Positions 39,718 through 41,487 of a stretch of 41,487 nucleotides of DNA are shown here, piece by piece. Source of the DNA: Candidatus Woesearchaeota archaeon (GTDB lineage: Archaea > Nanobdellota > Nanobdellia > SCGC-AAA011-G17 > UBA489); contig JABIPM010000040.1 in the NCBI GenBank assembly GCA_018658955.1, positions 1 to 41,487 on the forward strand, in the 5' to 3' direction. Under the pieces are notes generated by a model. That model was not told the origin of the DNA. It did no database searches and saw nothing but the letters and a program-made list of their open reading frames with translations. The translations under genes and the position numbers were made by a program. The first letter of the stretch is position 1. Each line of letters opens with the position of its first letter.

Positions 39718-41292
39718 TTAATTTCTTCTTCCACTAAAGTTTCCGCTTCTACCAGAGTTTCCGCCAGAACGGCCTCTAAAAGAAGAGCCACCTCTTCCGC
39801 CAGAACCTGAGGAACTTCTACTTCCTCCAGAATTTCCGCCCCTGTTTCTGCCAAAGCTTCTTCCACTTCCGCCAGAACTTCTATTCCCGCCAAAGCTTCT
39901 TCCACTTCCGCCAGAACTTCTACTTCCTTCAGAACTTCTTGAACCTGAAATTCCTCTTCCTCCGGAATTTTCGCCTTGACCTCTGTTTCCGCCAAAGCTT
40001 CTACCGTTTCCACCAGAGTTTCCGCCAAAGCTTCTACCGTTTCCACCAAAGCTTCTTCCTCTGTTTCCACCAGAACTTCTATTTCCGCTTCTTCCGCCAG
40101 AACGGCCTCTAAAGTTTCCGCTTCCACCTCTAAAGTTTCCTCTACGTTTATCTCCTTGAGGAGAACCAACAAGATCCACCCTTTGAAAATTAGGAAGGTC
40201 TATACATCCTATCTTAAAACTTCTATTTTCGCCTTCGATTCTTCTGAAATCTTGTCTTTCAGAGGAGGATAAGAAATTAAACACTTGTCCTTCTTCTCCA
40301 GCTCTAGCAGTCCTACCGATTCTATGTACGTAATCCGTGGGATCTCTAGGTATATCATAATTGTAAACATGTGAAATTCCATCAACATGAATTCCTCTTG
40401 CCGCAACATCAGTACAAACTAATACGCTAAAGTGATTACCTGAAAAAGATTTAATATTCTTCAATCTTTTATTCTGAGATAATCCTCCATGAATAGCAAT
40501 TGCATCAATATCATTTGCTTTCAAATTTTTAGCAACATAATCTGTATGTCTTCTAGTATTACAGAAAACCATTGCAAGGCCTTTTTCTTCTGCTTTCAAT
40601 AAATGTAACAATAAAGGTATTTTTTCCTTTCTTGAAATATTAAAATATCCTTGAGTTAATTTACTTGGATCAACCTGACTCTCAGCAAAAATTTCTTTAG
40701 GTTTGTTTAATTGATGATTTGCTAATTTTCTCAATTTTGGAGAAACAGTAGCAGTAAACATCATAGTATGTCTATTTACTGGACATGCTTCCATGATTTC
40801 TTGAACATCCTCAATGAAACCCATATCAAGCATACAATCTGCTTCGTCTAAAACAACAACTTTGATGTTTTTAGTGTTCACAGTTCCTCTTCCTAAATGA
40901 TCTAACATTCTTCCAGGAGTTGCAACAACAACATCTGCTTTAGCAAGTTGACTAATTTGAGGGTTAATTGAAACTCCACCGTAAACTGCCATAATTCTTA
41001 ATTTTTTACCAATTGCTAATTCCCATAAGGCTTGCTTAACTTGCTCAGCAAGTTCTCTTGTTGGTGTTAATACTAATGCTTGAAGTCCTCTTCCAGGTTC
41101 AACCTGTTCGATTATTCCACAGCCAAAAGCTAATGTTTTTCCTGAACCTGTTGAAGATTCAGCAACTACGTCTTGTCTTTCCAATATAATTGGTATTGAT
41201 TTTTTTTGTATTTCTGTAGGCGTATCGTGTCCTAATTTACTAATAGATTCAATTAAATGATCACTCAGTCCTAATTCTATAAATTTTTCCAT
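39718..41292 (-). CDS. DEAD-box ATP-dependent RNA helicase with a ~140-aa C-terminal RGG/GNRS-rich low-complexity tail
   Basis: 524 aa. The Q motif is PTEIQKKSIP and motif I is SSTGSGKT. PTRELA, VLDEADCMLD, FTAT, HGGLSQNKR, CTDVAARGIHV and HRIGRTARAG are also present. The tail is GNFRGGSGNFRGRSGGRSGNRSSGGNRGRSFGGN... Confidence 0.9.
   Translation of the reverse strand: MEKFIELGLSDHLIESISKLGHDTPTEIQKKSIPIILERQDVVAESSTGSGKTLAFGCGIIEQVEPGRGLQALVLTPTRELAEQVKQALWELAIGKKLRIMAVYGGVSINPQISQLAKADVVVATPGRMLDHLGRGTVNTKNIKVVVLDEADCMLDMGFIEDVQEIMEACPVNRHTMMFTATVSPKLRKLANHQLNKPKEIFAESQVDPSKLTQGYFNISRKEKIPLLLHLLKAEEKGLAMVFCNTRRHTDYVAKNLKANDIDAIAIHGGLSQNKRLKNIKSFSGNHFSVLVCTDVAARGIHVDGISHVYNYDIPRDPTDYVHRIGRTARAGEEGQVFNFLSSSERQDFRRIEGENRSFKIGCIDLPNFQRVDLVGSPQGDKRRGNFRGGSGNFRGRSGGRSGNRSSGGNRGRSFGGNGRSFGGNSGGNGRSFGGNRGQGENSGGRGISGSRSSEGSRSSGGSGRSFGGNRSSGGSGRSFGRNRGGNSGGSRSSSGSGGRGGSSFRGRSGGNSGRSGNFSGRRN
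39721..40140. repeat. Imperfect tandem nucleotide repeats encoding the helicase RGG tail
   Basis: Repeated units are gccaaagcttcttccacttccgccagaacttcta (x2) and gtttccgccaaagcttctaccgtttccacca (x2). The region is open in several frames, which produces the shadow ORFs 39675..40172 and 39976..40272. Confidence 0.85.
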
Positions 41293-41487
41293 ATTTTTCT
41301 CCTATAATATAATAGCACTTAACTAGAAAAAGCGAAATGTTCATATTGAACCAGTGCATTCTCTTAATTGTCTATCTATATGTTGTAGTATATATATTGG
41401 AACGCTTTATAAGAGTTGCTATTGGACTTCGCTGGTGTTTTTTGGTTGTTTTGATGCTAAGAATTAGTTTTGGTTTATAACTACTCG

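Noticed and set aside
39675-40272. ORFs 39675..40172 (-; E/A/L/V-rich) and 39976..40272 (+; S/T/A-rich) over the helicase tail.
   Set aside because: These are alternative frames of the tandem RGG-coding repeats. The helicase frame is continuous with a complete DEAD-box core, so these are repeat-induced artefacts.
1-41487. CRISPR arrays, cas genes, IS elements, transposases, integrases and rRNA genes.
   Set aside because: No regularly spaced direct repeats, no DDE or tyrosine/serine-recombinase motifs and no rRNA-like conserved stretches were seen on either strand. A by-eye search cannot fully exclude short or degenerate elements.

Overview
AT-rich archaeal chromosome fragment (roughly 30% G+C by eye), most consistent with a small-genome DPANN-type archaeon. 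Archaeal markers are r-proteins eL33 and uL16, ABCE1, a TFE-like N-terminus, TYW1/Taw1, class III signal-peptide pilins, and TTTAWA boxes 25-30 bp upstream of tRNA genes. Housekeeping content includes an M42 aminopeptidase, an nrdR / monomeric class II RNR / dut operon with NrdR-box-like palindromes, DUF1385, CBS, NOP2/Sun, a DEAD-box helicase with an RGG tail, an APC permease, and five tRNAs: Thr-CGU, Leu-UAA, Thr-GGU, Val-UAC, Gly-GCC. Accessory content worth a second look: (1) a ~9 kb type IV pilus-like locus (20.4-29.7 kb) with seven prepilin-like genes, a FlaI/PilB-type ATPase and a platform protein split into two genes. It ends in a 34-Cys secreted protein with a SleB-like murein-hydrolase signature. 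(2) A bacterial sigma-70-like protein divergent from that locus and next to a tRNA-Thr. (3) A translationally coupled amidohydrolase plus GshB-like ATP-grasp pair. (4) A four-gene minus-strand cluster at 33.0-35.2 kb: two secreted proteins and two paralogs with conserved ..GG+3-4 aa tails. (5) A small RHH / frameshifted MazG / HEPN-MNT island at 37.6-39.2 kb. (6) Several unannotated small zinc-ribbon ORFs, an ORF interrupted by an in-frame TGA at codon 3, and a G+C-elevated CxxC mini-ORF in a long gap. No CRISPR array, transposase, integrase or rRNA gene was seen. All functional calls come from motif recognition by eye, not from searches.
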